Source: Dictyostelium discoideum (Eukaryota). Taken from it: a DNA stretch of 64,000 bases. Below the pieces are notes generated by a model. The model saw only the letters and a program-made list of their open reading frames with translations. It searched no databases and was not told the DNA's origin. This document shows positions 40,045-54,848 of this stretch, piece after piece. The stretch is taken from NCBI GenBank assembly GCA_000004695.1, contig CM000152.2, positions 4,416,001 to 4,480,000 of the forward strand. The letters run 5' to 3'. The translations under genes and the position numbers were made by a program. Numbering within the stretch: the stretch's first letter is position 1; each line of letters starts with the position of its first letter.

Positions 40045-41645
40045 TTCAAGTTGTTGTTCATTTTTATCTTTTTCTTTTTCATCATCATCATCATCATCAT
40101 CATCATTTAAACCTTGTTGTCTTTTTTCAGATTTTCTAAGATAATATAATAAAACTTCATTAAAATTTAAAATACTTGGTAAAATTGTATCTAATAAATC
40201 TTGATTATTTGCTTTCTTTAAATATTGAGATAAAACTCTAAGATTGATTGCTTGTTCCTTACTAAGATTAAATAAATCATATTCTCTACATTTATCAATA
40301 CCAAATTTACCTTTTGAAAATATTTCTAATAATACTACTTCAACTTCTTGTTCAAATAATTCTACTTCTAAATTTTTAATAAACTATAATATAAAAAAAA
40401 ATTTTATTTAAACAAAAAAAAAAAAAAAATAAATAAATAAAATAATTAGTTGATTTTTTTTTTTTTTTTTTTTTAATATATATATATTTTAATTATTTAA
40501 TTACCTTTGAAATCTCTAAAGATTTTTCTAACCAATAATCAATCAACATTGTTGAACAAGCTTCTCTAACAGATTGATCACGATCTTTTAAACCATTCTT
40601 TAAAATACCAACTCTTAATGAAATTGGAATGAATCTAATTTCAATCTTTTTACCAATGAAAATAAAAGAACCTTTTCTAACGGTAGGATTAATATCTAAT
40701 GTTTTCTCTAATATTGGTTGTAATGATTTCTTTGATGGTACTATATTATTTAATGCTGTAACTCTTACATCACTTTTTTTTTAAAATGAAAATTATATTT
40801 TAAAATTAATAATAAATAATTAATAATAAATAATAAATAATAAATAATAAATAATAAATAATAAATAATAACAATAATTAATTTACATACGGTGATGTAT
40901 CAAATCTTAACATATCAATTAATCTTGAAGTGATTGGATCACCTTGAGAAGTTGGGTCTTGGATTTTAGCTAATGAATAAATTGATTGTTTTCTAATGGC
41001 AGGTATTCTATCTTTACTTTTAGTGAGAATACATTCTATTAAATTTGACCAAGTGCTTTCATTGAATTCATATTCTTCTTTTAGATTTGATAATATCTCT
41101 GATAGTATTTGAATGCTTCTGAATCTAACTGGCTTCTCTTTACTATTGGATCTATTAATGAGATGATTTAATATTGAATTAAAAAATTCATCATATTTTT
41201 CATACTCTTCATCAATTTTATTTGATTTTCTTATCATTTCCTCGTCATCAATAATATTATTTTCATCATTATCTTCACCTTCTCCTTCTCCTTCTTCTTC
41301 AATGGTTCTTTTATTATTTACTATTTGTGTTAAAAACTGAGTTAATAACTTAATGATTCTTTCAATTGCTAATTCTCTTTTAAAATGAATTAAAACTCTA
41401 TCAGCTACTGAAAAAATTATTAAATTAAAATGAGTTTTTAAAAAATTACTATTATAACATCCTAATAATAATATTCTTAATTCATTGATTGATTTTTTAC
41501 TTGGTGCTATAATCTTTTGTGATTCATCAAAAATTGTAGTTATCTTTGATTTTAATTTATTAACTTTTTCATTATTATTATTAATATTATTATTATTTAT
41601 GTTATTATTTGTTGTAGTTGGTTTTGATTTTGTTTTTTGACACAT
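36796..41645 (-). CDS. Condensin complex subunit 3 (CAP-G/Cnd3-like HEAT-repeat protein) with a very large Lys/Glu/Ser-rich repetitive C-terminal extension, about 1536 aa. Exons: 41645..40891, 40772..40505, 40383..36796.
   Basis: N-terminal HEAT repeats carry CAP-G signature stretches: KPVRFRSIQILSEIL (human NCAPG has VRFRVCQLINKLL), IRKQSIYSLAKIQD, and DTSPDVRVTALNNI spanning intron 1. Junctions are CC|GTATGT to AAAAAG|T (phase 2), AAG|GTAATT to TTATAG (phase 0). The C-terminus contains three or more tandem units of about 40 aa ([44 protein letters not shown]). Confidence 0.75.
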
Positions 41646-41762
41646 TTTATTATTTATTTTTATTTATTTATTTATTTTTTTATTTTTTTTTTTACATTAC
41701 AGGAATGACAAAAAAATAATAACAAAAACGAAAAATGAAAATGAAAATGAAACTTGTTTTGG

Positions 41763-41795
<33 letters not shown>

Positions 41796-42031
41796 GCCAA
41801 AATAATTTTTAAAAAAAAATGTTATTAAATTTTAAAAAAAATAAATATTAAAAATGATCCATTTTTTATTTGGAAATAAAATTATAGTTTTCAGTTTTTT
41901 GTAAAATTTCCATCTTATTTATTCAAATTGAATAATTATTTTCAACTGTTTCTAATAAATTAAAATCTAATTTGGTAATAAAAATTTAGTATTTTTTGAA
42001 TTGGGTAATAAAAATTTAGTTTTCATCTAAA

Positions 42032-42114
42032 GCAAGGGTAGGAAAGTCTGGTTAAATCCGTGTGACTTAAGATCTCATCCATTCGGTTCGCGAGTTCGAA
42101 TCTCGCCTCTTGCA
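42032..42114 (+). tRNA. tRNA-Leu, anticodon UAA, type II with a long variable arm; 83 nt without CCA.
   Basis: The acceptor stem gcaaggg pairs with ctcttgc (7 bp, one G-U), with discriminator A. There is a 3-bp D-stem (gga/tcc). The anticodon stem-loop is tgtga-cTTAAga-tctca, with U33 and the anticodon TAA. The variable arm is ccattcgg. The T-arm is gcgag-TTCGAAT-ctcgc. Confidence 0.85.
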
Positions 42115-42145
42115 AGCTTTTTCATACCTCCTAAATATATTCGTA

Positions 42146-42156
42146 TGTTCGATCCT
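42146..42156 (+). promoter_or_regulatory. External B box (ex-B) of the kind found downstream of many Dictyostelium tRNA genes.
   Basis: tgTTCGAtCCt lies 32 bp after the tRNA 3' end and matches the B-box consensus GGTTCGANTCC. A second, weaker copy (gttcaatctccc) is 10 bp further on. Confidence 0.55.
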
Positions 42157-42380
42157 ATGTTCAATCTCCCTACATTAACAAAAACTATTATATTTTAAAA
42201 TTAAAACTCCTTTTTTTAATTTTTTTTTCAATACAATAAAATAAAATAATAATGATTTTATATTTTTAAACAAAAATTGGTTGTATTGTTTCTCAACTTT
42301 TTCTTGGTGTATTATAAAAAAATTTTTTTTTTTTTTTTTTTAATTTTTTTTTTTTCAATTTTTTTTTTCAATTTTTTTTT

Positions 42381-45368
42381 TTGGTTTTAAAAACTTTTTC
42401 AGCCAAACAAAAATCCATAATGGCATTAACAATAATAAATAATTATTTAGATAATAATATTGAAATAAATAAGAATGAAATTTTATTTTGGAAAGTTTAT
42501 AGAAATATTTATTTAAAGAAACAAATTTTTAAACAATTAGAATCAGAAATTTATTTTAAAGATTATAGAATGTGTAATACAAAATCTAGAATTAAATTTA
42601 AAGATATTAAATCATTGAAATGGATGATAGATAATTGTGAATTTGAACTTTTAAAGAGAAAGATTGAAAATAAAGAATTCATTCAAATTTCTGGGGAAGG
42701 TATTAAATCATTGGTAAACATAAAAGATCATAGCATATCATTAGAAATACTTGAAATGTTAATGAGAAATCAAAGAGATAATATGGAAACGTTAAGACCT
42801 CTTGATTTTGCAATAAAACATGAAAACATGGAAATGGTAAAAGTGCTCATTAATGAACCATACTCTATGAGAATAACTTTAATGAATATTCAATCAGCAG
42901 TTCGTGCATGTTCTCCACAATTTTTGGATGAATTAATACCGTTGAGCGATATTGATATAAGAACTGGTTCAATAGCTCATGTTTATTGGATATTAAATCG
43001 TTGTGATTATAAAAAACAAGATTTTTTAAATGTTATAGTCAAATATCCTGAAACGATTGCACCACTTGGTCAATCTAGTTTATACAATATGTTACCACCA
43101 ACTTTCATATTAGATATAACAAGTATAACATCGGTTGAACAATTATTTTCATTAATACAGGTTAATTTATTTAAAAAGAAAAATAATTTGGGTATAAAAG
43201 AATTAGTTTCATTAATTACTGTTTATGATAAGTTTAAATATTCTATTAATATTTCAAAAATATTAATTTTCTTTGCATTATATATTGAAAATAATCCTAT
43301 ACAAAACATCAATGAAATTAAATCAAAAATGTTTGAAATTTTCAATAATACTAATAATAATAATAGTGAAATAGAAAAACAATTATTTAAATTATTTATT
43401 TTAGAAATAAATTCAAAAGAGATTTATGAAATTTATTTTTATAAATATTTTGAATTAATTGAAGAAATGGATAATAATAAAAGATATAAAACAATAAAAT
43501 TTTTAAACATTTTACCAAAATTTAATGAAATAATAAAATCAAATGATAAAAATGAAATAGTTAATTTCATTATAGAACTAATTAATCAAGGTAATTTAAG
43601 AACTCCGAAATATAATAATTTATTTAAGAAAATAATGGATACAATAATTAATTATTTAATGGATGATGAATATTATTATAAAATAATTATTAATGAAATT
43701 AAAAGAAAGAATTTAGAAAAGTTATTTTCAATACCATTTGAATGGAGTCCGATATTAAAAGAAATTATGATTGAACCAATCGATGGAGGATTAAATAAAT
43801 TATTTATAAATGATAAAGAAACAATTGATTGGTTATCATCTACATTTAAATTAAAATTAATAAATCATAGGAATGTTAAAACCATATATAATAATAAAAT
43901 GAAAAAAGGATTAGTTCAATTTTCAACACATCAACTTTATACATACTCAATTTTAATGTTAAACAAATACTCTTATGGAAAAAGTTTAATGAGGTCATTA
44001 ATTTATCCATCAATCTATAGTCATCCTTTAATAACAGTAAATGGAAATAAAGAATATTTAAATAAATCAGAAATTATGGAACTATTATTTAAATCAATAA
44101 TATCATATAATTTAAATGAAACCTTATTATATGTTAGTTTAATAGATTTAAAGAATGATTTTAAACAGTTTATTTCAATTTGGAATAGAAAATCAAAATC
44201 AAATGAATATAGATTCTTATTTTTAGATCAATTATTTTCAAAAACTGATATTGGAACAATTAAAAATATTAAAGTTGAAATTGTAATCGATTCAATAAAA
44301 TATTGGATAAATGAAGCAAAATCAAATTTACAAAACAATGATTTAGAATTATTATTTGAAACTATTATAAATTATTTATATAAAAAGTTAATTCAAAATC
44401 AAAATGTAAAAATTAATCAAGTTATTGAAATTAGAGAATTAATTTTAAAGTTAAATATTAAATTAGAGCATACAGAATTTCATGTATTTTATTATTTAAA
44501 TATCAGATCACCAAAACTTATTAGATGTTTATTATTAAATGAATCAGTATTATCATCACCATTATGTATTAGATTTCCGGATGGGTCAAAATATTATTGT
44601 TATAACCATATTAATAATAAACTTCCAACTAATAAAGTTCCAAAAATATTAGTTCCAACAAAAATTTCATTTGATTTATTATTTGGTAATAATGGAGAAT
44701 CATTTATAAATTTACTTGAATATCTTTATCAATTTCGGCCACATAATGTAGATACTCTATTAAAATTTTATTTAGATATAAATAGATTTGATTTATTTTT
44801 AAAAGGATTTCAAACATATAAAAAAGCAACTGATTATGGTCATATTAAATCTATAACTTTTGATTTTATTGAAGCATTATCAGTTGGAAATATTGATCAT
44901 AGTAAATTAATAATATTTCAAAAATATATTGATTTAGTTAAAATATCTAATTTTAAGGATGAAATTCAATTCGTTCAAGATATGTCAAATTTTTCAATTT
45001 CAAAAAATAGAATAGAGTTAGTTTCATTTATAATCAACTACTTTAAATTAAAAAATCTCAAGATTTATCGTCCTACTTTTAATTTATGCCACTATAATAT
45101 TTTTAAATACATATTTGAAAATCATTTCAATGATATTAAATCCATTAGTGTAGCTTTCATTGATTTTGGTGAATGCGTTTCATCATCTGATACTTTTATT
45201 CAAGATTCTATATTATTATTTGAATTATTTTTAAAATACTATCCAAGTTCATTAGATAATGTTTCAAATAGTTTATTTTTTTTTAATATCAAAAGAACTA
45301 AACTCAATTCAAAAATATTTGATTACTTATTATCAAAAAAATTAATAACCCAAGAAAATCATAATTAA
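42381..45368 (+). CDS. Orphan protein of 995 aa, or 982 aa if translation starts at Met-14 (42420); no domain recognised. It is the first member of a tandem paralog pair.
   Basis: It is a continuous single-exon ORF. The paralog at 45687..48665 starts at the position equivalent to Met-14. Moderately complex K/N/I-rich sequence suggests a lineage-specific family. Confidence 0.7.
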   Translation: MVLKTFSAKQKSIMALTIINNYLDNNIEINKNEILFWKVYRNIYLKKQIFKQLESEIYFKDYRMCNTKSRIKFKDIKSLKWMIDNCEFELLKRKIENKEFIQISGEGIKSLVNIKDHSISLEILEMLMRNQRDNMETLRPLDFAIKHENMEMVKVLINEPYSMRITLMNIQSAVRACSPQFLDELIPLSDIDIRTGSIAHVYWILNRCDYKKQDFLNVIVKYPETIAPLGQSSLYNMLPPTFILDITSITSVEQLFSLIQVNLFKKKNNLGIKELVSLITVYDKFKYSINISKILIFFALYIENNPIQNINEIKSKMFEIFNNTNNNNSEIEKQLFKLFILEINSKEIYEIYFYKYFELIEEMDNNKRYKTIKFLNILPKFNEIIKSNDKNEIVNFIIELINQGNLRTPKYNNLFKKIMDTIINYLMDDEYYYKIIINEIKRKNLEKLFSIPFEWSPILKEIMIEPIDGGLNKLFINDKETIDWLSSTFKLKLINHRNVKTIYNNKMKKGLVQFSTHQLYTYSILMLNKYSYGKSLMRSLIYPSIYSHPLITVNGNKEYLNKSEIMELLFKSIISYNLNETLLYVSLIDLKNDFKQFISIWNRKSKSNEYRFLFLDQLFSKTDIGTIKNIKVEIVIDSIKYWINEAKSNLQNNDLELLFETIINYLYKKLIQNQNVKINQVIEIRELILKLNIKLEHTEFHVFYYLNIRSPKLIRCLLLNESVLSSPLCIRFPDGSKYYCYNHINNKLPTNKVPKILVPTKISFDLLFGNNGESFINLLEYLYQFRPHNVDTLLKFYLDINRFDLFLKGFQTYKKATDYGHIKSITFDFIEALSVGNIDHSKLIIFQKYIDLVKISNFKDEIQFVQDMSNFSISKNRIELVSFIINYFKLKNLKIYRPTFNLCHYNIFKYIFENHFNDIKSISVAFIDFGECVSSSDTFIQDSILLFELFLKYYPSSLDNVSNSLFFFNIKRTKLNSKIFDYLLSKKLITQENHN

Positions 45369-45619
45369 AATTAAAAAAAAATAAAAAAAAAAAAAAAAAA
45401 ACATTTTAATAATAAATCGTTCTTAATCATTCTTTTTTAGTTTTTTTTTTTTTTTTTTTATTATTTTATTATTATTTTTATTCCTTTTTTTTTTTTTTTT
45501 TTTTTTTAAAAAATATATATATTTTTGGTATTTCAGTCTTTTTTTTTGACAGGTCATAATACCAAGCCAATCTTTTATCAGATTTTTTTTTCCACAAAAA
45601 TTCCCAAAAAATTTTAACG

Positions 45620-45655
<36 letters not shown>

Positions 45656-45686
45656 AATTTTTTGAAATAAATAATTAGTCAAAGCA

Positions 45687-48665
45687 ATGGATCATATTAT
45701 TAATAATAATGAAAATGAAAATTTATTTTGGAAAGTTTATAGAAATGTTTATTTAAATAAAAAAATATTTGAACAGTTAGAAATAGTGTTGGATATTAAA
45801 TTTAAAGATTATAGAATGTATAATTCTAAATCTAGAATTAAATTTAAAGATATTAATTCATTAAAATGGATGATAGATAATTGTGAATTTGAAATTTTAA
45901 AGAAAAAGATTGAAAATGAAGAATTTATTCAAATTTGTGTGTTTGGTATGAAATCATTGGCAAAAATAAAAGATGAAAACTTGTCAATCCAACTATTAAA
46001 AATGTTAATGAATAATCAAAGAGATAATTTGGAACCTTACATTATTGGTGTTGCAATAGAATATGAAAAATTAAAAATGATAAAAGTGCTAGTTAATGAA
46101 CCATACTCTATGGAAATAACTAGATTTAATATTGATCAAGCAGTTCAAACATGTTCAGCTCAATTTTTGGATGAATTATTGTTAATGTGTGACTTTGAAT
46201 TAAGAGAAACCTGCAAAAATTTTAAATTATCCCTTATTCATCAGTCAATAAATAATTCTAAAAATAATGAAAATAATGATATATTAAATATTATCATTAA
46301 ATATCCTGAAATGATTCTTCCGATTCAAAATCGTTTATATACTCAATATAGTACACCATATATACGTTATAATTTACCAAGCTTGACATCTGCTAAACAA
46401 TTATTTTCAATATTTGAAACTAATTTATTTAAAAATGAATTTAAAGTCACAAAAGATTTAATTACAGTAATTATCAGGGATCAATTTAAATATCCATTCA
46501 ATATTTCAAAATTATTAGTTTTATTTGGATTGTATATACAGAATTTATATTTCGATGAATCTCAACAATTGATAGATAAAAAACAAGAAATTAAATCAAA
46601 AATGTTTGAAATATTCGATAATAATGAAACTTCAATTAATGAAAAAGAAAAACAATTATTTAAATTATTTATTTTAGAAATTAATTCAAAAGAAATTTAT
46701 AAAATTTATTTTTATAAATATTCAGAATTAATTGATGAAATGGATAATAACTCAAGTTATAAAACATTAAGTTTTTTAAATGTTTTTCAAAAATTTGATG
46801 AGATAATAAAATTGAATGATAAAAATGAATTAACAAATTTCATTTTAAAAATTATTGATAGTGAAATTCCAATTAAAGGTCAAAAATTCAAAAACTTATT
46901 TAAAAAAATAATTGATACAATAATTAATTATTTAATGGATGATGAATATAATTATAAAATAATTATTAATGAAATTAAAAGAAAGAATTTAGAAAAGTTA
47001 TTTTCAATACCATTTGAATGGAATCCAATTTTAAGAGAAATTATGATTGAACCAATCGATGGAGGATTAAATAAATTATTTATAAATGATAAAGAAACAA
47101 TTGATTGGTTATCATCTACATTTAAATTAAAATCAAAAAATCATAAAAATGTTAAAACCATATATAATAATAAAATGAAAAAAGGATTAGTTCAATTTTC
47201 AACACATCAACTTTATACATACTCAATTTTAATGTTAAACAAATACTCTTATGGAAAAAGTTTAATGAGGTCATTAATTTATCCATCAATCTATAGTCAT
47301 CCTTTAATAACAGTAAATGGAAATAAAGAATATTTAAATAAATCAGAAATTATGGAACTATTATTTAAATCAATAATATCATATAATTTAAATGAAACCT
47401 TATTATATGTTAGTTTAATAGATTTAAAGAATGATTTTAAACAGTTTATTTCAATTTGGAATAGAAAATCAAAATTAAATGAATATAGATTCTTATTTTT
47501 AGATCAATTATTTTCAAAAACTGATATTGGAACAATTAAAAATATTAAAGTTGAAATTGTAATCGATTCAATAAAATATTGGATAAATGAAGCAAAATCA
47601 AATTTACAAAACAATGATTTAGAATTATTATTTGAAACTATTATAAATTATTTATATAAAAAGTTAATTCAAAATCAAAATGTAAAAATTAATCAAGTTA
47701 TTGAAATTAGAGAACTTGTTTTAATATTAAATATTAAATTAGAGCACACACAATTTCATGTATTTTATTATTTAAATATCAAATCACCAAAACTTATTAA
47801 ATATTTATTATTAAATGAATCATTATTATCATCACTTTTGATTAATTTAGTTTCACCATCCTTTAAATTCCCAGATGGATTTAAATATTATTGTAGTAAT
47901 TCTGCTATTAATTATAATCAAATTCATCCCACTGATTCAATTCCAATAATATTAGATCCAATAAAAATTTCATTTGATTTTATAGTAAACGAATCATTTA
48001 TGAATTTATTAGAATATATTGATAAATTTTGGTCAAATAATAATACTTTAAAAGTAAATAAGCAATTATATTATTATTTAGATATTAATAGATTTGATTT
48101 ATTTTTAAAAGAATTTGAAGAAAACAAAGAAGCAAATGTATTTAAAAAAGCTGGTAATATCGCAATGTTAAATAAAGAATTTATAAGATCTTTATCAGTT
48201 GGAAAGATCAATGATAGTAAATTAATAAACTTTAAAAAATACATCGACCTGTCCCAACTATTTAAATATCAAGAAAATGAAAAATTCACACAAGATATTA
48301 TAAATCATTCAATTGTTGCCAATGAAAAAGAATTAGTTTCATTTATAATTAATTATTTAAAAATAGAGAAAATCAATATTTATTGTGAAACTTTTAATTT
48401 ATGCTACTATGATATTTTTAAATACATATTTGAAAATCATTCCAATACTATTAAATCCATTGATGTTGGATTTGTTCAAAATAAATGTATATCAGGAACT
48501 GATACCTTTATTCAAGACTCTATATCATTATTTGAATTATTTTTAAAATATTACCCAAATTCATTTGATAATATTTCATTCATTGGAATAACCTCAAACT
48601 CAAAATTACATCACTACTTTGTATCAATAAAATTAATGCCAGAATATTCCCACACAAACAAATAA
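45687..48665 (+). CDS. Orphan protein of 992 aa, the tandem paralog of the gene at 42381..45368.
   Basis: It is a continuous ORF. It is collinear with the upstream paralog over its full length, at about 60-65% aa identity at the ends but more than 97% across the central ~310 aa. Confidence 0.7.
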   Translation: MDHIINNNENENLFWKVYRNVYLNKKIFEQLEIVLDIKFKDYRMYNSKSRIKFKDINSLKWMIDNCEFEILKKKIENEEFIQICVFGMKSLAKIKDENLSIQLLKMLMNNQRDNLEPYIIGVAIEYEKLKMIKVLVNEPYSMEITRFNIDQAVQTCSAQFLDELLLMCDFELRETCKNFKLSLIHQSINNSKNNENNDILNIIIKYPEMILPIQNRLYTQYSTPYIRYNLPSLTSAKQLFSIFETNLFKNEFKVTKDLITVIIRDQFKYPFNISKLLVLFGLYIQNLYFDESQQLIDKKQEIKSKMFEIFDNNETSINEKEKQLFKLFILEINSKEIYKIYFYKYSELIDEMDNNSSYKTLSFLNVFQKFDEIIKLNDKNELTNFILKIIDSEIPIKGQKFKNLFKKIIDTIINYLMDDEYNYKIIINEIKRKNLEKLFSIPFEWNPILREIMIEPIDGGLNKLFINDKETIDWLSSTFKLKSKNHKNVKTIYNNKMKKGLVQFSTHQLYTYSILMLNKYSYGKSLMRSLIYPSIYSHPLITVNGNKEYLNKSEIMELLFKSIISYNLNETLLYVSLIDLKNDFKQFISIWNRKSKLNEYRFLFLDQLFSKTDIGTIKNIKVEIVIDSIKYWINEAKSNLQNNDLELLFETIINYLYKKLIQNQNVKINQVIEIRELVLILNIKLEHTQFHVFYYLNIKSPKLIKYLLLNESLLSSLLINLVSPSFKFPDGFKYYCSNSAINYNQIHPTDSIPIILDPIKISFDFIVNESFMNLLEYIDKFWSNNNTLKVNKQLYYYLDINRFDLFLKEFEENKEANVFKKAGNIAMLNKEFIRSLSVGKINDSKLINFKKYIDLSQLFKYQENEKFTQDIINHSIVANEKELVSFIINYLKIEKINIYCETFNLCYYDIFKYIFENHSNTIKSIDVGFVQNKCISGTDTFIQDSISLFELFLKYYPNSFDNISFIGITSNSKLHHYFVSIKLMPEYSHTNK

Positions 48666-48772
48666 AATAAAAATAAATATATTAAAGAAATAAATAAAAT
48701 AAAAATAGATTTTTTTCCTTTTTTTTTTTTAAAATTAAACCAATTCATAATTATTACATTTTAAATTAATTA

Positions 48773-51683
<2,911 letters not shown>

Positions 51684-52485
51684 TCAAAAATTGAAACATA
51701 AAAGTCTTTTCTTTGATTTAATTTCTTTGCTTATTATTATTATTTTTTTTTTTTTATTATTATTATTATTATTTTTATTGTTATTATTATTATTATTTTT
51801 ATTGTTATTATTATTATTATAAAATGAGAAAGAAAAAAAAAAAAAAAAGAGGAAATGAAATTAATTTTTCATTTTTTTTTTTTTAAATTTTTATTTTTTA
51901 AATTTTTGTATTTTTTTTTTTATATATTTTTTTACTATTTATTCATTTAAAATCATCCAATAAATCTGTTTTTCCTGTTTGAAAATTTTTTATTCATTGA
52001 TAATTAACATTTTATTTTTTTAAGATTTTTAAATTAATTTTATTTAAATGAATTATTATTTAAATCAGTCGATTCTAAACCGGCTTTTTTTTTTTTAATT
52101 TTTCATTTTTTTAAATTTTTCACATTAAAAAAAAAAAAAAATTTCGCGCCCAAAATTAACCCACATTTTCTTGATATTTTTAGAAATTAAATAATGATAG
52201 ATTTAAATTAGATATTTTAAATTGTAAATATGTATAAAAAAACAAATTAATTTTTTTTTTTTTTTTACAGTGACAATAATTTTTTTTTTTATAATTTACT
52301 TCATTTTTTTTTTTTTTTAAATTGTAAATCATTTTTCTTATTTTTTTTTTTTCTATTTTTAGAAATCAAATAATGATAATTTAAAATGGATATTTTAAAT
52401 ATGAAACAAATTAATTTTATTTTTTATTTTTTTTTTCTATTTTTAGAATTTTTATTTATTTTTAAAATATTTTTTTTTTTTATTT

Positions 52486-54184
52486 TTAGAATTTTTCAAA
52501 TAATGGTTGAAGTTGTTTATCTTTTCTTTCTTTTTTAATTCTTTTTAATTCTAATTCATTATTTTTAGCAATAGCATCTTTTTCTAATCTTTCTAATCTT
52601 GCAATTTCATTCTTTTCAGTGATATAATCTAAAGCGAAACATAAACCAATGATCATAGCACCAACAAGACTTAATAATACAACCAAAGTTGTACCATCAG
52701 AAGAAGATCTAAGAACTGAATTTATGATATTATATTTATAGAGATCATTATAATATTTAGTGCCAGAACTTTGACCACCAAATGTAATCATAGTATTGAA
52801 AAGCGTGGTTATTGAAGTATGGCCTGATCTAGCATCAGGACCACCACTACCAATACTTGAAACGAATTCCCATTTACTAAACTCTATACTGTATCTCCAA
52901 ACTGATGAAACTGCATTCGAAGTTGAATCATTACCAGCAAATACCAACATTGTGCCCAATGGTGTCAATACAGCGGTGTGGCCATATCTTGAATCTGGTG
53001 TTGATGATGTGGAATTCAATGTTGCATTTACCCATTTCTCATTCTCTGCATCGAAAATATAAATTGCACCACTAACTTTTGATGATGATAATGATGATGA
53101 TGTTGATGTAGTAGTGGTAGTACTATTCTCATTATATTTACCACCGAAAACTATCATTTGATTAGTTAATGTCATTATTGATGAGTGTAAAAATAAACCA
53201 AATTTTGGTGCAAATAATTGTTTCTCTTCAATTGTTGTCCATTCATTTCTTTCAAAATCAAACTTAATAATATCATTTAAAAATGGTCCATCTCTACTCA
53301 ATGTATTTGATCCACCATAAAAATAGAAACAATTATAAATTGAATATAAAACACCACTATGTCCCCATCTACCTTTTGGTAAATTAACTGTAACATTTAT
53401 TAATTCCCAATTATCTGTAACTAAATAATTTTAAAATTATATACAGTATTAATATATATTTACATTTATACATATATATATAAATTAAATATATATACAG
53501 TATTAATATATATTTACATTTATATATATATATATATATATAAATTAAATAAAAATTATAATTTACCCATATTATATTTATAAATATCATTAAAAACAGT
53601 TGATTGATTTCTACCACCAAAAATAAACATTCTATTATCAGGTGTTGTTAAAGCAACATGGCCATAACGTTCAGATGGTATTGAACCTGGTAAATTTAAT
53701 TTTGTATGATTTGCATTTTTATTCTTTGCTAACCATGAATCTTGAATTAAATCGTATATTGTTAAATTATTATTTGGTAAATGATCAGAATCTTTACCAC
53801 CAAATACAATCATTGTATTATTAATTGGGTTTAATGCTGCTGAATGTAATGATACTGCTTTTGGTGCATTTTCAGTACCTGATATTACAATTGTAATCCA
53901 ACTATCTGTTACAAAATTACCTATATGCATATACATAATTTGAAATTTTTATTTATTAATTAATTAATTAATTAGTAAAGTTAAATAAAAATAAATAAAT
54001 AAATAAATAAATAAAAAATAAATAAAAAAAATAAATAAAAAAAAAAAAAAAAAATTATCCGATTTCTTTTTTTTATATGGCAGTAAAAAAAAAAAAAAAA
54101 AAAAAATCAATACTTACTGAAACTTTTTGAAACATTGAATAAACAAAACGATAATAACAAAATATAAATTAATGGTTTATTCAT
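52486..54184 (-). CDS. Kelch-repeat (beta-propeller) type I membrane protein of about 455 aa: signal peptide, kelch ectodomain, one TM helix and a charged coiled tail. Exons: 54184..54106, 53920..53567, 53420..52486.
   Basis: Exon 1 is MNKPLIYILLLSFCLFNVSKSF, then a phase-1 GTAAGTA donor. Exon 2 begins after the first downstream AG (CATATAG). Kelch motifs are MIVFGGKDS, RYGHVALTT, MFIFGGRN, FYFYGGSN, MIVFGGKY, RYGHTAVL, LVFAGND and ITFGGQSS. The TM helix is TTLVVLLSLVGAMIIGLCFAL, followed by a KNEIARLERLEKDAIAKNNELELKRIKKE tail. Confidence 0.7.
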
Positions 54185-54520
54185 ATTTATTTATATAAAG
54201 TTTAAATATAACTTAAACTACAAAATAGATATAATATACCACAATTTATTTATAGTTCAATAATAATGATAAAAAAAAAAAGTTTTTAAAAAAAAAAAAA
54301 AATTGGGTGGTTTCATTTTTTCCCAAAAAAAAAAAAAAAAATCAGAAAAAAAAAAAATTAAAAAAAAATAAAAAAAAAATAAAAAAAATAAAATTTCCAA
54401 CTAATCAAAAACTGATATTTTTTCACCCCTGTGCAATGGTGAATTTTATTTTATTTTATTCATTAAACAAAAATTCCAAATTTCTTTTTTTTTTTTTTTT
54501 TTTTTTTTTTAATTGGGATT

Positions 54521-54805
54521 CTAAAGATTTAAAGATTTTGGTAAATTAACATAAGTTGAATAAAGATCTTGATTATTTGGTGGGATGGGATATAAAGATG
54601 TACAACTATGAGTGGATAAATAAGATTGATAATAAAAACTTTTAAGATCTTGTTTCGTAATATCTTTAAAATGTTTCGATTGTTGTTCATTTGTTGTCTT
54701 CTTTTGAGAATTTGAAAATCCACTACCACCAACATTAATCGATGAGAAACCATTTCGTAATGGTGAATTTGGTATTGGTTGGTGATATTGATTATTATTG
54801 AAGTT

Positions 54806-54848
<43 letters not shown>

